Assembly (NCBI GenBank): GCA_950097015.1
Contig: CATNEN010000009.1
Span: 930,001-994,000 of the forward strand
DNA length: 64,000 nucleotides
Reading direction: 5' to 3'
From: Macrostomum hystrix
Taxonomy: Eukaryota; Animalia; Platyhelminthes
This document shows positions 46,958-60,121 of the stretch, in pieces (positions within the stretch are counted from its first letter, which is position 1; every line of letters begins with the position of its first letter). A program made the position numbers and the translations under genes. The notes beneath the pieces were generated by a model. It made no database searches, was not told where the DNA came from, and was given only the letters and a program-made list of their open reading frames with translations.

Positions 46958-47923
46958 ATGGCGAACTCATCAAAGAAAGAAATTATTCAAGAGGAGCTCG
47001 GAGGCTGGAGCGTCACCGCCTTGGCAATAAACGCGGACGCTACAAATCGCATTGGGGAGCTTCAGAAAGACCTGGTCGGCGGGCTGCAGAAGCTGATTGA
47101 GTCAACACAGGCGGAGACTAAGCACAAACTGAGCATTGTCACGGTTTCTGAGCTGAACAGCACAAAGAATGGTGAAGAGCTAGCTAAAAATCTTGGTTGG
47201 AGTTGCGCCACCGAGTTCATAGGGAAAAACGACGCCCTTTTCACAGCATATGACCCGGCAGTGTGGGAGCTATGCCCTGAAACCAACAAGTCTTCTGAAC
47301 GGTCAGAGGGTGCCGATTATTCAAAAGTTGGTCGGTACCTCGCAATGAAGCTCCAAATGAAGACGAAAGGCCATAAGCTGCTCTACATCTCCGAGCACCT
47401 GCCCCACAAATCAAATAAAAAGGAGGCTTACGATGCCCTGAACAGGATGATAAAAGACCGTGGAAGTGATGTCGACGGCATCATGATTGGAGGCGACTGG
47501 AACATGAAGCCGGATGACATCAAGAGTGAGTTCCCAGTTGAGCAGCTGGCTTTCGAGTCTGGCGGTACATCGGAAAGTGGAAGGACAATAGACAACTTCG
47601 CACTGATGAAGCTTCCGAAAAAAAACCGGAAGGCTAGTTTCGGCTCTCGTAGAATCATGACGGAGAAACAGAAGGTGTACACGACACACGCTCCGATTGT
47701 TGCTGAAGCCAAATTCACCGCGGCACCCTTGGAACCCGCGGCCGAGTCCAGTGTGAAGAGCGAGAAAGAGAAGGTGCTGGTTCAAGCGAGCAGTGGCGCT
47801 AAGCAGGGCCTTAGCTTAGCTAAGCTTACAGCGAATGCCAGTCAGGAACAGGAAGACAAAAGCGGTGCTGGAAAAAGAACTAGGAAAAAGAGAGGAGAAG
47901 CAAACGATGCCAGAGAAAGTTGA
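46958..47923 (+). CDS. Intronless endonuclease/exonuclease/phosphatase (EEP, DNase I-like) protein
   Basis: ALAINAD, IVTVSE, IMIGGDWN, GRTIDNF, TTHAPIV match EEP catalytic motifs; acceptor TCTCACAG 2 nt before ATG; basic C-terminal tail. Confidence 0.75.
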   Translation: MANSSKKEIIQEELGGWSVTALAINADATNRIGELQKDLVGGLQKLIESTQAETKHKLSIVTVSELNSTKNGEELAKNLGWSCATEFIGKNDALFTAYDPAVWELCPETNKSSERSEGADYSKVGRYLAMKLQMKTKGHKLLYISEHLPHKSNKKEAYDALNRMIKDRGSDVDGIMIGGDWNMKPDDIKSEFPVEQLAFESGGTSESGRTIDNFALMKLPKKNRKASFGSRRIMTEKQKVYTTHAPIVAEAKFTAAPLEPAAESSVKSEKEKVLVQASSGAKQGLSLAKLTANASQEQEDKSGAGKRTRKKRGEANDARES

Positions 47924-48769
47924 GTTAAGAGAAAATGCTCGATCACAGAATGGCAGAGCTCTTGTGCACGCAGAAATCCTCAACGGTGACGTGACGCGCA
48001 AAGATAAACGACAGTTTACAACTCGTACAAATTCCTGTTTATTCCGGCATCAAGACTGTGATAACAATTTTGCTTCCATAAACACTCCGCCCAATTGTAG
48101 TTTTGTTAAGGTGATCATGCAAGGCAATTTTGCTTCCATAAACACTCCGCCCAATTGTAGTTTTGTTAAGGTGATCATGCAAGGCCTGTTTTCTCACAGA
48201 AAATAATTCTTCAATGCGTATTCGATAAACACTTTTGGCCCCCCTTTTGCGGCCGTCGCATGAGCCTCCTCGCGTTGTTTCTACGATGTAAGATGATGAA
48301 AATATGACAAAGATGATTAAACCAATATATTGTTTACTTTTATTGCTTTCCAGTTGATATAACAATTCAGAGAAACCTATTCAGTTATGTTTGAAATAGC
48401 GCTTAAAATATAATCAGCAAAAGAGGCTGTCATAAAATTCTAGTCATACCCTAGGCCTAGCTGTCTTCATTCTCGTCCAACGTTAGATCTATTGTTAGAT
48501 TAGGCCCAGCCTTGCTGAAGGCTTCAGTCGAGCTTAAAATGAAGTTTAGTTTACACCGATTCTATAAATTACAATACATTCTTATAATTTACAAGCAGTT
48601 AGCTGATGACTTAAGCTCTAAGTGCGGCCTACAATTTTCAAGCTCGATGAGCAAGGTGATGTGGCTCACCGTGTCGAACTCAGTGAGTCCCATGAGCTCC
48701 TTGTTGCAGATGTCGAAAAGACCTCCTGCAACAGCTTTCGCGTGGTCGCCGGCTGAGCCGCGCTGAGTC

Positions 48770-49070
48770 TGAGTCTATGGATCTGAGTCTCTATTGAATC
48801 TGAGTCTCTATGGGATCTGAGCCTATGGATCTGAGTCTATGGGATCTGATCAGTCTCTATGGGATCTGAGTCTCTATTGGATCTGAGTCTCTATGGGATC
48901 TGAGTCTCTATGGGATCTGAGTCTCTATGGGATCTGAGTCTCTATGGGATCTGAGTCTCTATGGGATCTGAGTCTCTATTGGATCTGAGTCTCTATGGGA
49001 TCTGAGTCTATGGGATCTGAGTCTCTATGTGATCTGAGTCTCTATGGGATCTGAGTCTCTATGGGATTAA
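48770..49070. repeat. 17-bp minisatellite CTGAGTCTCTATGGGAT
   Basis: Tandem copies with small variants. Confidence 0.92.
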
Positions 49071-49963
49071 TTTTTACTGTGTATGAAAAGGGACTAGATT
49101 AAAAATTTGAGATACTATTTCACACAGGTGTCGATTACGAATTGTGTCCCAACGGACTCGCTCACGGATTCACATATTTTCTTGCACAAAGACTGCAAGG
49201 AACTGCGCATTGCTGCTGATTTTTTATATTACTGTATCTATATCTAAATACGGATGACACGCGCTAACATCAGTCACACATAATGTTTGCTTAAAATAAC
49301 AAAGTTTAATTATTAAAAAATCTGCTTTACTGAACTGAGCGTACTAATAGTAGGCAGTGCAATATGTTGAAAACGATGTAGTAAAACATCACTTTACCGC
49401 AAGGTCTCCTTTGATCTGGCCATGGAAATAATATATAGAGAGATTCCCTCCTCGTGTCAGTGGTTTATTACTCATTACTCATCGCTAAAAGATTAAGCGA
49501 ACAATGACCTAGTGGTTTATAATGGCCATATCGACCTAACGAACAACGACCTAATTGGCCCCGGTGCTGCTCCTGTTTCTCACTGTTTTTGTGTGCGTTC
49601 TTTCCGTCAGTTTTTTTGTTCCTCCCTCCTTTCGTCTCTCTGCATTCTGATTGACTGTCCTACTAGCCATTTAGCCACCCTCCAGGTGGCCTTTATCCCC
49701 TAAGCAATGAAGTTAAGCTTATTAAAAATTAGTGTACCGATTCGGGCCCATTTGACATATTTTGGTGATGGAACGGTTAAAATCGGTTGAGCCGTTCGGG
49801 AGATAGTAGATTGCAAGCCAGCAACATTTTTATTATTTGCATATTGGAAATCACTCCACCGTGCACTCTTCGTCGCCTCGGGAATTCGTATCGCTAAATC
49901 TGCAGTTTAAAATGTTTTTAAAGCTGTGCTTCGAGCCAGTTCCACGCGAATCAAAGCAGCAGT

Positions 49964-51282
49964 TCAGGCATTGCAGAGACTCCGCAGCTCGTCAAACTGA
50001 CTCAGAAGGAGGTTGCCAGTCAGCAGACCCCAGCACTGCAGCCACCCGTCAAACGGTCCGACGAGGCTGTTCGCGCAGTTCCCAAGCAGCAGGTTGTCGT
50101 GAATGTTCAGCTGAGCTCTACTGGTGCTTCCAGAGCTCTGGCCCCTTCGCAAAGTATTCAAGGCTGTGCCATTAAAGAAGGCCTGAGGGGCGAACTGCGT
50201 TCCCTCAAAGTTAACTCCCAGACTGACCAGTCGCATCGCAGTGCCCAGCGCCAGAGCTGGGTGGCTCGACCAGGACGCGGAGTAGAACGTGCCGTTCGGG
50301 AAATAGGTTTCGGCGCCCAGCGCGCCGTCAGACCTGACATACAAGCTGCTTTCGTAGTCCCTCGTGATCAGGTCGCTAAATGTGCTGATGCATTTGCCGC
50401 TGAAAATTTAACAAAATGCTGTTTGTTAAATAAGTTTACTTAAACGCACCTTCTCTCAAACGTGAAATACTTGGCTTTTTGCACATTCTGACAACAAGTA
50501 TAGGTCCTAATTTTTTAGAAGCTTCCGAGTTGTTTGGGGTCAGTAGCGGATTGGTAAAGCGACGGATTCTCGATCGTTTCTCGATTGTACCAAATTATGC
50601 TCAATACCTTCAGCCCCACAGAATATTTTGTTCTTTACATATAAGACAAGAATTTGATAAGCAACCTATCAGCTGACAACATGTACAGCGTCTTAAATTT
50701 CAGCATCGTATTGATCCCTTACGCTAAGTTAGATGAAAATCTCCCTTGGAAGAAGACGCTGTATCCAAGGCCATAGAAGAAGTAGCGATAAAAGCCAGGT
50801 GTGGCAACCTTCACGTAGGAGCCGCTCGAGTTTCTTAGTAGGACGCCATCAGACGCGGTTCGCTGAGCGACATTCACCGGTTCCGCAGGGTACAGTGACG
50901 GATTGGCTAGGTTTTCATAGCCCTTTTTAAAGTTGTAAAACAGAACCACCCGTGACGAAAAGCTGAGAATTTGCACAGCAGTTGATGGAGGGACCAACTT
51001 TCGACGCACGATGATCCCAGAGCCGCAGCTGCCACTAAATGACGTTAAATCCGACTGGAGCAGGCTGGAGCAGGCAGCGCTCTCTGTGAGGTAAACGGAC
51101 ATTCGGCATTCACGGCTGAGAGTGCACCGTAGCACACACTCAGGCTCATTAGGCACAGTTTCCGATGCCAGACCAATGGGTGTGGATGGGCAGTTGCGAG
51201 TCAACCGCTCGAACACAGCGAAGCACTCGTTGCACGCGGCCGCACCGCCGCAAGCGAGCAGCAGCAAGCAGACTGCAAGCAT
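49964..51282 (-). CDS. Secreted PAN/apple + LamG/concanavalin-like lectin domain protein, 2 exons (51282-50723, 50399-49964)
   Basis: Signal peptide MLAVCLLLLACGGAAA; ECVLRCTLSRECRMSVY..AC PAN pattern; LLLG..FDGWLQCWGL LamG-like end; phase-2 junction keeps frame. Confidence 0.72.
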
Positions 51283-53608
51283 CTCGCAAGGCTTGGCCAA
51301 ACAGACAGCCCAGTTGACTCCAAGCTCAGTTTTATTCCCTTAAGCTTACGAAGTGAATTCAAACGAAGTTCTAAGCGCACAGAAATACATTTCTTAGCGA
51401 AACAAGTCTGGAAGCCTTGTTTGCAACCCAATCAATAGTACTATGCTTAAACAATTCCCAGTTTGACTTGCGCAACCAACGCGAGTTTATTTGCATTGCG
51501 TTGAGTTTCCAGGCAAATATGCTTGCCATCTGCAAGGAAACGAAATCAAAGCTACTGCCGATTGGATCTGGTTCCACCAAATCCACTTCCACTCGTATTT
51601 GCCTTGCCACTCGGGTATCTTTTTAAACAACTGCGTTTGTTGACTGTATCGCACAGTCGTGTACTGAAAGATATTCTATTAATCAGAGATCCATGCATGA
51701 CAGGGATTCTCACTCGGTGGAAATTTATTGAATTTATTGAATTTATTGAATTTCTTGAATTTATTGAATCTTACGCACCCAAAATTTTATCTATTTTTAA
51801 TTAAACGACTCATCCTTTCGAAATTGATTATTTTCACAATGATTGTGGCAAAGCCGCGAGTTGTGCCAGAAATAAAAACATTAACTTCAGAACTAGCTAT
51901 CAAGTTTTTATTGGGACATGTTTCGCCTCGAGTCATATGCAGGCATCGAAGGCTCTTAATTCATTCGATCAAATGCATTCATTTATTTACAAGAAATTCA
52001 GTCTTCATTCTCTGATCGTCATCGATGCCGCAATGCGTTTATAGGCTATGATCACCCCAGATGATTAGGCCATGATCACTCCGGAATGAATTGTTGGCGA
52101 GGTCACGAATTCGGTATCGGTGGATGTTGCAAATCCTGCCACTGCCAGCACTCAGCAGCAAGATCGGAGACGAGCTTGCAGACTCCCCTTAAGAGTGCAA
52201 ATAAATTGGCATTACCCCTAAAGTTTCAACTGAAAGTGCAAGCTTGCCTGGTGTCTGCGCAAGTAGCACGATGCCAGCATTTTCTATTAAAGTTTCTTGA
52301 GTCCCATTAATGATTGGAAGAGCTGTTGTGGAATATTTGCAGAACTGAAATGGCACATCTGCTCTCCGTGATGATAGACTTCCCCGTGGCTTCCCTGCAG
52401 CCCCTATATTGAAGATGCTGAGGTACAGGGGATCGGAAATCATGAGTTTATTATAGTTTATCGATAATTTAGTTACTCGTACAGAGCGTGAATTGTTATT
52501 TCGATTTTTTCGTAATTTAAGTGCTTTTTTCCTTTGGCTAAGAGAATAAGTTACTCAAGAAAAATTTTCTACTGTGTTCAACGCCTCGAGAATACCAATG
52601 CTATATGAGAGTTCTGGGGTGGAATTTAATAAATTGAAGAAACAGAGCAACTTATCAGTTTTTTCCTGTGTTCATGTGCGCAGGCATGCAGTGTAGCAGT
52701 TCTAATAGTATCCCAGCACATACTTTCGAACTCAATTTGACTTAAACCGATTTTGTGCGCAGTTTCAATCTGCAATGTATATATAATAAGCTCATGGATT
52801 TTTCTTTACTGGAACTATAAAAGCGGATGTCAACTTAGGGCTCTAAAATGGTGCCCGATGTGAATTCTCGAACCAAACCAACTGAAGTCAGCTAGGTAGC
52901 TGGTCGATCTAGCCGACTAGTACAGCCGAGACATCTCACCCCAGTCCTTCCCATGCAGTATCGACCAGCTACTGCAGATTTCAATCGGTTTGTTTGAGAA
53001 TTGACCTCGGGCCCCATTCTAGAGCCTTTAAGTAGGCACGAAATCCCATCGCATCCCTCTCGATCAGGGTACCATACATTCTTTATAGAGCGGTACTTTA
53101 GGTACTTCGGCAGCCTCCTTTTCATGCCTTTATTGGCGTTCATCGCCAGCAGATGTCCGCCGTCTAGGACTTGACCCACAAACCGGTCCATGTCACTGCC
53201 CAATCAAATCGCCTTATTGTCGTCCTGTCCTGCATTGCCTTGAGAGGGGAATGAACGCATGAACGTTAATCAATCTTTCTGTCTAAGTCGATTAAAAATT
53301 TACAATTGTAAAAGTTTGTCAAATTATTTTCTAATTTTTCTAATAACTTTTGTAACATGCCTAGTTGCACAGGAATAGATTACATATCCATCATATACAT
53401 GAGGTCATCTGAATTATCAATCCCCTCGTTACTGATAACTAATCTTTCGGCTACCTTGCTTATTAAAAACAGTTCACAGTATTGATTATTGTTAAAGTTT
53501 TAAACAATCAACAGCTAGATACTTTCCTGTTAGTCTTTATGGAGAATTTATAAAGGTATTTGTTTAAATTAGTTATTTAAAAAGCTTATTCGTGCCTTCG
53601 TGAGATAT

Positions 53609-54624
53609 GGGTGTGTATAATCTATGGGTCTGGGCACACTGGGCTCACTGGGTTTAAAATAATAAAACAAAGTATATAAGTTCGAAAAATTACTAAAGGT
53701 TATTCTGATATCGCTAACAGTAAGAAAATCACTTATAATAAAAATTTTCGTATTCTAATTTGTAACCTTGCGCTATTTTTTGCTGACACTTGATTTTGCC
53801 GTATTTTTATTTTTTTAGCGTGCCAAAAGCTAAAGCTGAAACTATGAGGCCGCCATAGCATGCAAAATATACAACTATTAAATTATGGTTTTCATTTATT
53901 TTTCATTCATTTTTTGTACACTAGGCATTTAAATTTTTTTATTAAAACATTTGTTTCGAAATGTAACTTGTACGTTTTCAATGTTTTTGTCTTAAAGTTT
54001 TTTACACACTTAGCATTTCAGCATACTTTATTTAAATTGTGCGGATATTGCTACATTTTTTTGTAGTTCTACGGTTCTGTTTTTTTTGTTTTTTTCTTTT
54101 CTAACCAGTCGGCAAATATTTTCCTATTTGCTGGGCTCCACAAATTAGTTTTAACTTTCTAGTCAGCTCTATATGTGTTCCACAGCGTATGTATTATCCT
54201 TACTTTTGTTGGTAAATATACGTAATTGGCAGCTTGTTGGCACGGATTTTTTTCCATGCCTTCTTCTTTAACAGAAACTATTAGAAACAAAAATCATTAC
54301 AAAGTAAATCATTTTTATAATTTACCAGCAAACAAGTTGAGTAATTACTACAGCTTTCTCGTTGCTTTTCGAGAAAAAGTAAAGCTTTCAGTTGAAAGCA
54401 AATATTTTATCGAAAGGAAGTTGAAAATCGTTGTTAAAACATTTGAGTTATCAAGTAAAGACGTAGCAATTTAAAATAAACGTTTCTGAAAATAAAAAAT
54501 ATTTTTATATTTTTCTCTTCTTGCATTAAACGCTGATGAATGTAAAGAAATGTATTTTTTGTTATAATGTTTCAAACCCAGTGGTCCCAGTGTGCCCAAT
54601 GCGAGCCCATGTTTTATACACCCC
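53609..54624. mobile_element. Non-autonomous DNA transposon, about 60-bp TIRs, 10-bp TSD (Mutator-like)
   Basis: GGGTGTGTATAA...TGGGCACACTGGGCTCACTGGGTTTAAAA mirrored at 54560-54624; CGTGAGATAT duplicated at 53599-53608 and 54625-54634. Confidence 0.8.
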
Positions 54625-56544
54625 CGTGAGATATCAAACTTTTTTAACTGTATAACTTCAACTTTAGGACTGATAATTAACGTAAGTCCGCTTTAGACGT
54701 TAATAACTTAAACCCTATTTTATACCGGTTATAAATCATTATATCTGCTTAGTAGCGCAAGTTTTTTGTAAACATCAACAAAATTTAATAACTGTTATTG
54801 CTAACTCGATGTACTTGGCTAACAATCATCAGAACCAGGCCTTTTATTAAAAAAAGTTTTTCTGCATAGTTTGTTTTTATGCTGCAGTTTTTATTTGTGC
54901 ATGGTGCATTTTAAATTGACAATATAAAACTATACTGTAGGAAGTGACAATGTGACATTAGGGTCTTTGGGGGTCCTAGCATTTTATTCACATACATAGA
55001 TCATATGAATATGAACTCTATACATATCCAGACTCCACTCCAGATTGATAATAATATACCTTGAATGTTAACTTGGGCACAACAGTCTTTGCAGGCCCAG
55101 GCCAAGTTATCAATAAACTGGGCACCTTCTCAGCATTGCAAATGCATTTGAGCACCCAGCTGGCATCCACACTGCAGGCAAGCAGCCTGTGGGTGGCAAA
55201 CCAACAAATAGTAGCCAGCATATCAGTTGTCACGGCTGCCAGGTCCCTCATCGTGAGGTCCAGTTGGCATAGCTCTGCAGGCGGATGCAAATCACCTACT
55301 GGAATGATTGTTGCAGGAGCCTATGGTTGTCCAGCCATTTCTTTGTGCGCTGGAACAAATTTGAAACAAGAAATAATATAACAAACGAAAGCATAGTTAT
55401 GCTGTGGGGTGAAATGTGTGGAATCAGCTTAGGTTAATCCAAATTTTCCAATTCAATAGTTACTGCCATAACAATGTTAAGCAAAGTTTGTACATCATCT
55501 TTAAACCAATTACATTATTATGTTTTTTATTAGAACTATAAAACAAACTTTAACAAAAATATTTTTTCATTTTTTCCCAGAAAAACTTTAAACCATTGGT
55601 GATTAAAAAATGGAAGACTATTTTTTCTGAGCAAAAAGGATCAAAACAGAAAGATGTTTGTTTTGTGCAAGAATTACCTAAAATATGCTTTGCTTAAATT
55701 ATAAAACTGCTAACTTACTTGCTCATTTACTTCCTATCCCTCTTATTATCTTCCTATCCCTCTCATTATAGGTTACTTCTTAATCTTGGTTTAACCTTTG
55801 CAATTTAAGCTTATTATTTTAACATAGTGCCATTGCCATGGGATGTATAGCATATAGCAAATGGTACTGAGTGCATAGCTTTATAAGCAAATATGTAGCA
55901 GTTAGCCCAACAATTTATTATTAAGACTAATTAGCAAAATTAAAGAAGTGATGTGTTAGTCTTTATTAATTAAAAATGTTCATTTATATTTTTAGATAGA
56001 ATTAGAAGCTTTTTAACAAGTAACAACAAATAATATCTATACATAGCTATCTTATCTATATTACATGTAGATTATAGATCCTAAGTAATGATTGTAAAAA
56101 TTATCAACATGATAATCAAGGCATGCCCCCATGCCGCATAGGAGCCTGAGTTTATGGGCCAGGGGCTATAACAGGTCCTTGGAAATATAGAGTGCTAAAA
56201 AGTGGCAAAAACATTAACAAAAATTAACAATAAAGTGCAAATAGTATAATAGTGGACTGAAGTGGGACCTTGGTGCGAGAGGCAAACACGTTAACTGCTG
56301 TGCCACTGACCCCAAAGAAAATATTATATTCAAGTTAAAACAGTGATACATAGTTAAACAAACATTCTAGAAGTTGTCTCTGAAAATCCATTTTGAAATG
56401 AATTTCGAACACTACAATTGATTATATGAATCTATACAAAAATATTTTTGGACCTGTAAATAATTTATAACTTATCACTGAAGATCCCCCAAATCGCAGC
56501 TTCCCTGGCGCCAAAAGGCGCCTGCGGCAGCATTTTTGCTGCAG

Positions 56545-59016
56545 TCGCGAGCCCCGCCTTCCTCATTGCCGCGGCTGATTCTGCTGCCTGTTACTCTGTG
56601 CGTGCTGACCGCGCTGTCAGCAGCTCTAGTCTCCATCCAGGCTGGAGTTTATGAGCAGCTCATGCGGGGCGGGCTGGGGCGGACGGCCTGGCCAGGCTCC
56701 GACGGCGCCCGCTACCGCGCCTGGATGCCCGCGTCCGAGCGGCTGCGCTACCGTCACCTGGTCCGCGAGATGTTCGTCTTCGCCTACGACGGCTACATGC
56801 AGCATGCCTACCCGGCTGACGAGCTCAACCCGATTCTCTGCCGCGGCCGAGGGCCCGACCGGGACAACCCGGACAACATCAACATTAACGACGTGCTGGG
56901 CGACTATTCGCTGGGCCTCGTGGACAGCCTGACCACGCTGGCCGTGATTGGCAACGCCAGCGAGTTCCGGCGAGCAGTTTGGCTCCTGGCGAGCCGGCTT
57001 AGCTTTGACTCCAACTGCACCGTGCAAACCTTTGAGGCTGGCATTCGCGTTCTCGGCGCCCTCCTCAGCGCGCACCTGCTGGCGACGGACAGGTGGGCCT
57101 GATTTGAAATTCATTTATCTATTGCGTTCTTGGCGTTAAAAAGTCGAATTTTAAAAATTCTCTAAGGGGATGCGCCTTTGCACCCGAGGCGAGGGCCAGA
57201 CATGGCGGCCCAACCAATCAGTGCGCATCAAGACAACTAACTACTGCTAAATGGATAACAAGATAACAAGATAAAGTATAACAAGGCCTTTTGGCCTCGG
57301 AGTACCGCATGCCGTGTGGGGCAATGTGCCTGCACTGCAAAGTGCACGGACACAAAAATGTTATTCACAGAAAGTACGAAATTTAAGCATTTGGCCTTTA
57401 ATAGTGCATGTTATGCATTTGACCTTTTAATGGTCATGTAATGAATTTCACATTACGTGTGAAGCATTTGACCTTTAAATGTCCACTAGCCGTCTGCCGG
57501 AGCTGCGCATCCCCGGCTACGACAATCAGCTGCTCCTACTCGCTCGCGATCTGGGCGGCCGCCTTCTTGCCGCCTACGACCGGTCGCCAACCGGCATCCC
57601 GCATCCCCGGGTGAACCTGCGCCGCGGCGTGCCCGATGGCGGCCGCCTGGATACCAACCTGGCCGGCGCCGGCTCCCTGCTGCTGGAGTTCGCCACCCTC
57701 GGCCGTCTGGTTGGCGATCCCACTTTCGAGAGAGCCGCCAGGCGCGCCGTGGCATCTCTATGGGATCTGCGCTCCCGCGTCACCGGCCTGTTGGGCAGCT
57801 CGCTCAACCTCACGACAGGCTCCTGGCTGCACGAGGGCCTCTCTGGCCTCGGCGCCGGCTCTGACAGTTTTTACGAGATCCTGTTGAAGTCGGCCATCTA
57901 CCTGGATGATCCGGCGCTGGGCAGCCTGTTCTCTCAGGCTCTGGACAGCGCCGCCTGGCATCAGCGAGCCGGCCGAGCCGACTGTCTGGCAGGCGTGGGG
58001 CAGCATCCCATCTGGCTGAACACTGAGGTGCTCACCGGACACCTGGCCAATAGCTGGTGCGATGCGCTGCAGGTAGGACTTTCCGATTGGCGAACTCATC
58101 TATGGCTAGCTTCATTATATCCGATTGGCATCCTATCTCTGTCTCTGATTGGCTAGATCAGGAGGTCAGTGCATCCTATCTCCGTCTCTGATTGGCTAGA
58201 TCAGGAGGTCAGTGCATCCTATCTCCGTCTCTGATTGGCTAGATCAGGTCAATGCATCCTATCTCCGTCTCTGATTGGCTAGAAAGTCCCTCGCCCGCAA
58301 TGCACCGCAGGCCAGCTGGGGTGCCGTGCTGCTGCTGGCTGGCCGGCTTGACGAGGCCGTCTGCCTGCACGCCTACTTCGCCAACCTTATGCACCGCTAC
58401 AAGCTGCTGCCCGAGCGCTTCAACTGGCGCCTCCGCCAGCCAGAGGTGCTGTTCAGCCCGCTGCGGCCGGAGCTGGCGGAGACCAACTACTTTCTGTACC
58501 GGGCCACCCGCAACCACCACTTCCTGCATGTGGGTGCCGCCATGGTTGACAATCTCAACAAGTGAGCCGCCTTTTCTGTCCTTTTCTAGGTGTTATTTCT
58601 GTCTATGCCCACATTGCACTCACCTCTTCTGCCCCTCAATCAGATACGCCAAGTCCGCCTGCGGCTATGCCACCCTGCACAATGTGCACAACCTCACCGA
58701 CCTGGAGGACAGGCAGGAGTCCTTTTTCCTGGCCGAGACCGTCAAGTACCTCTACCTGCTGTTTGACGAGTCCAATTGGGCCAACCGCTTGGAGACAGAC
58801 CTGGTCTTTACCACTGAGGGCCACCCGCTCTCCATCTCCCGCTTCCGCGCCCTGCCCGACCCGTTCGCCGGCCTTCTCAATGTGTCAAAGGGCGGCGGCA
58901 GCTGGGCCGTCAGCACCTGCCGCAATGTGAACCAGGGCGGCGAGCTGACTCACCTGTTACCGTTCGGCACCACCCAGTGGCTTGAGTTGGATAAAGCCAC
59001 TGGCTTCACTGACTGA
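56545..59016 (+). CDS. EDEM1: ER degradation-enhancing alpha-mannosidase-like protein 1 (GH47), 4 exons (56545-57092, 57490-58072, 58311-58561, 58644-59016); no genomic ATG before the signal anchor
   Basis: [85 protein letters not shown]; all junctions keep frame. Confidence 0.93.
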
Positions 59017-59569
59017 ATCAAAGCCTTCAAATATGAGCAGTGCCAAATTTGCCTCGAGTCATAGAGCTCATTCTCTGTTTATTTCCTGTTGTCCCAAAAC
59101 TTGTTCTGCCAAATGGTGCCAGTGTCTTCCCTGTCTATTGTACGCGGATTTTATCGCATTGCTGTTAGAGCAAATGGGAGTGGATCCCTGAGATTGCCAA
59201 TCGATTTCCTCCTTCATGTCAAACACGCGCTTCGCCCACCCTGACTCAGTCTGCCTTGCTGTTGAGTCCTGCTCACAGCTTAGCCTGCTCTCGCTACTCT
59301 GCTGTTCACAAAAATGCTCTTTAACGTTTTGCTCTGCCTTTTTATGAGCAGAGTATGTTGTCTATTATGGTGAACTGCTACATCACCCAAAATAAAAGAT
59401 GATATTCACTGATGCTTTACAAGGTCATTGGTTGCGCTCAATCACCATTGTAGGTGCTCATTCGGGTTCTTATTTGCCTTGAAAACTTTTAGTGCGTTTC
59501 GGACTGACGTAGCCTTCTATAACTCAACCAGTCAGGCAATCTAATTCGGCAAGTCTAGCAATCCACCCA

Positions 59570-60100
59570 TCAGCTTGTCAGTCTAGCAATCCACCAATCA
59601 GCTGATCAGCCTAGCAATCCACCAATCAGCTGGTCAGTCTAGCAATCCACCCATCAGCTGGTCAGTCTAGCAATCCACCCATCAGCTGATCAGTCTAGCA
59701 ATCCACCCATCAGCTGGTCAGTCTAGCAATCCACCCATCAGCTGGTCAGTCTAGCAATCCACCCATCAGCTGGTCAGTCTAGCAATCCACCCATCAGCTG
59801 GTCAGTCTAGCAATCCACCCATCAGCTGGTCAGTCTAGCAATCCACCCGTCAGCTGATCAGTCTAGCAATCCACCCATCGGCTGGTCAGTCTAGCAATCC
59901 ACCCATCAGCTGATCAGTCTAGCAATCCACCCATCAGCTGATCAGTCTAGCAATCCACCCATCAGCTGATCAGTCTAGCAATCCACCCATCAACTGATCA
60001 GTCTAGCAATCCACCCATCAGCTGATCAGTCTAGCAATCCACCCATCAGCTGGTCAGTCTATCAATCCACCCATCAGCTGGTCAGTCTAGCAATCCACCC
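59570..60100. repeat. 28-bp minisatellite CAGTCTAGCAATCCACCCATCAGCTGGT
   Basis: About 19 copies ending immediately before the RPL37 acceptor. Confidence 0.95.
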
Positions 60101-60121
60101 GTTTCTCCCGCAGCTCCGGCC

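Noticed and set aside
48066-48185. Exact 60-bp direct duplication (a similar 69-bp one lies at about 7745-7905)
   Set aside because: Simple local tandem duplication with no further structure
48590-48760. Minus-strand GLTEFDTVSHITLLIELENC resembling the LINE RT motif DLSKAFDTV.H..LL.KL
   Set aside because: Too short and degenerate to support a call
51371-53203. Short protein-like ORFs (51371-51610, 52189-52443, 52892-53203)
   Set aside because: No recognisable motif and no consistent splice model
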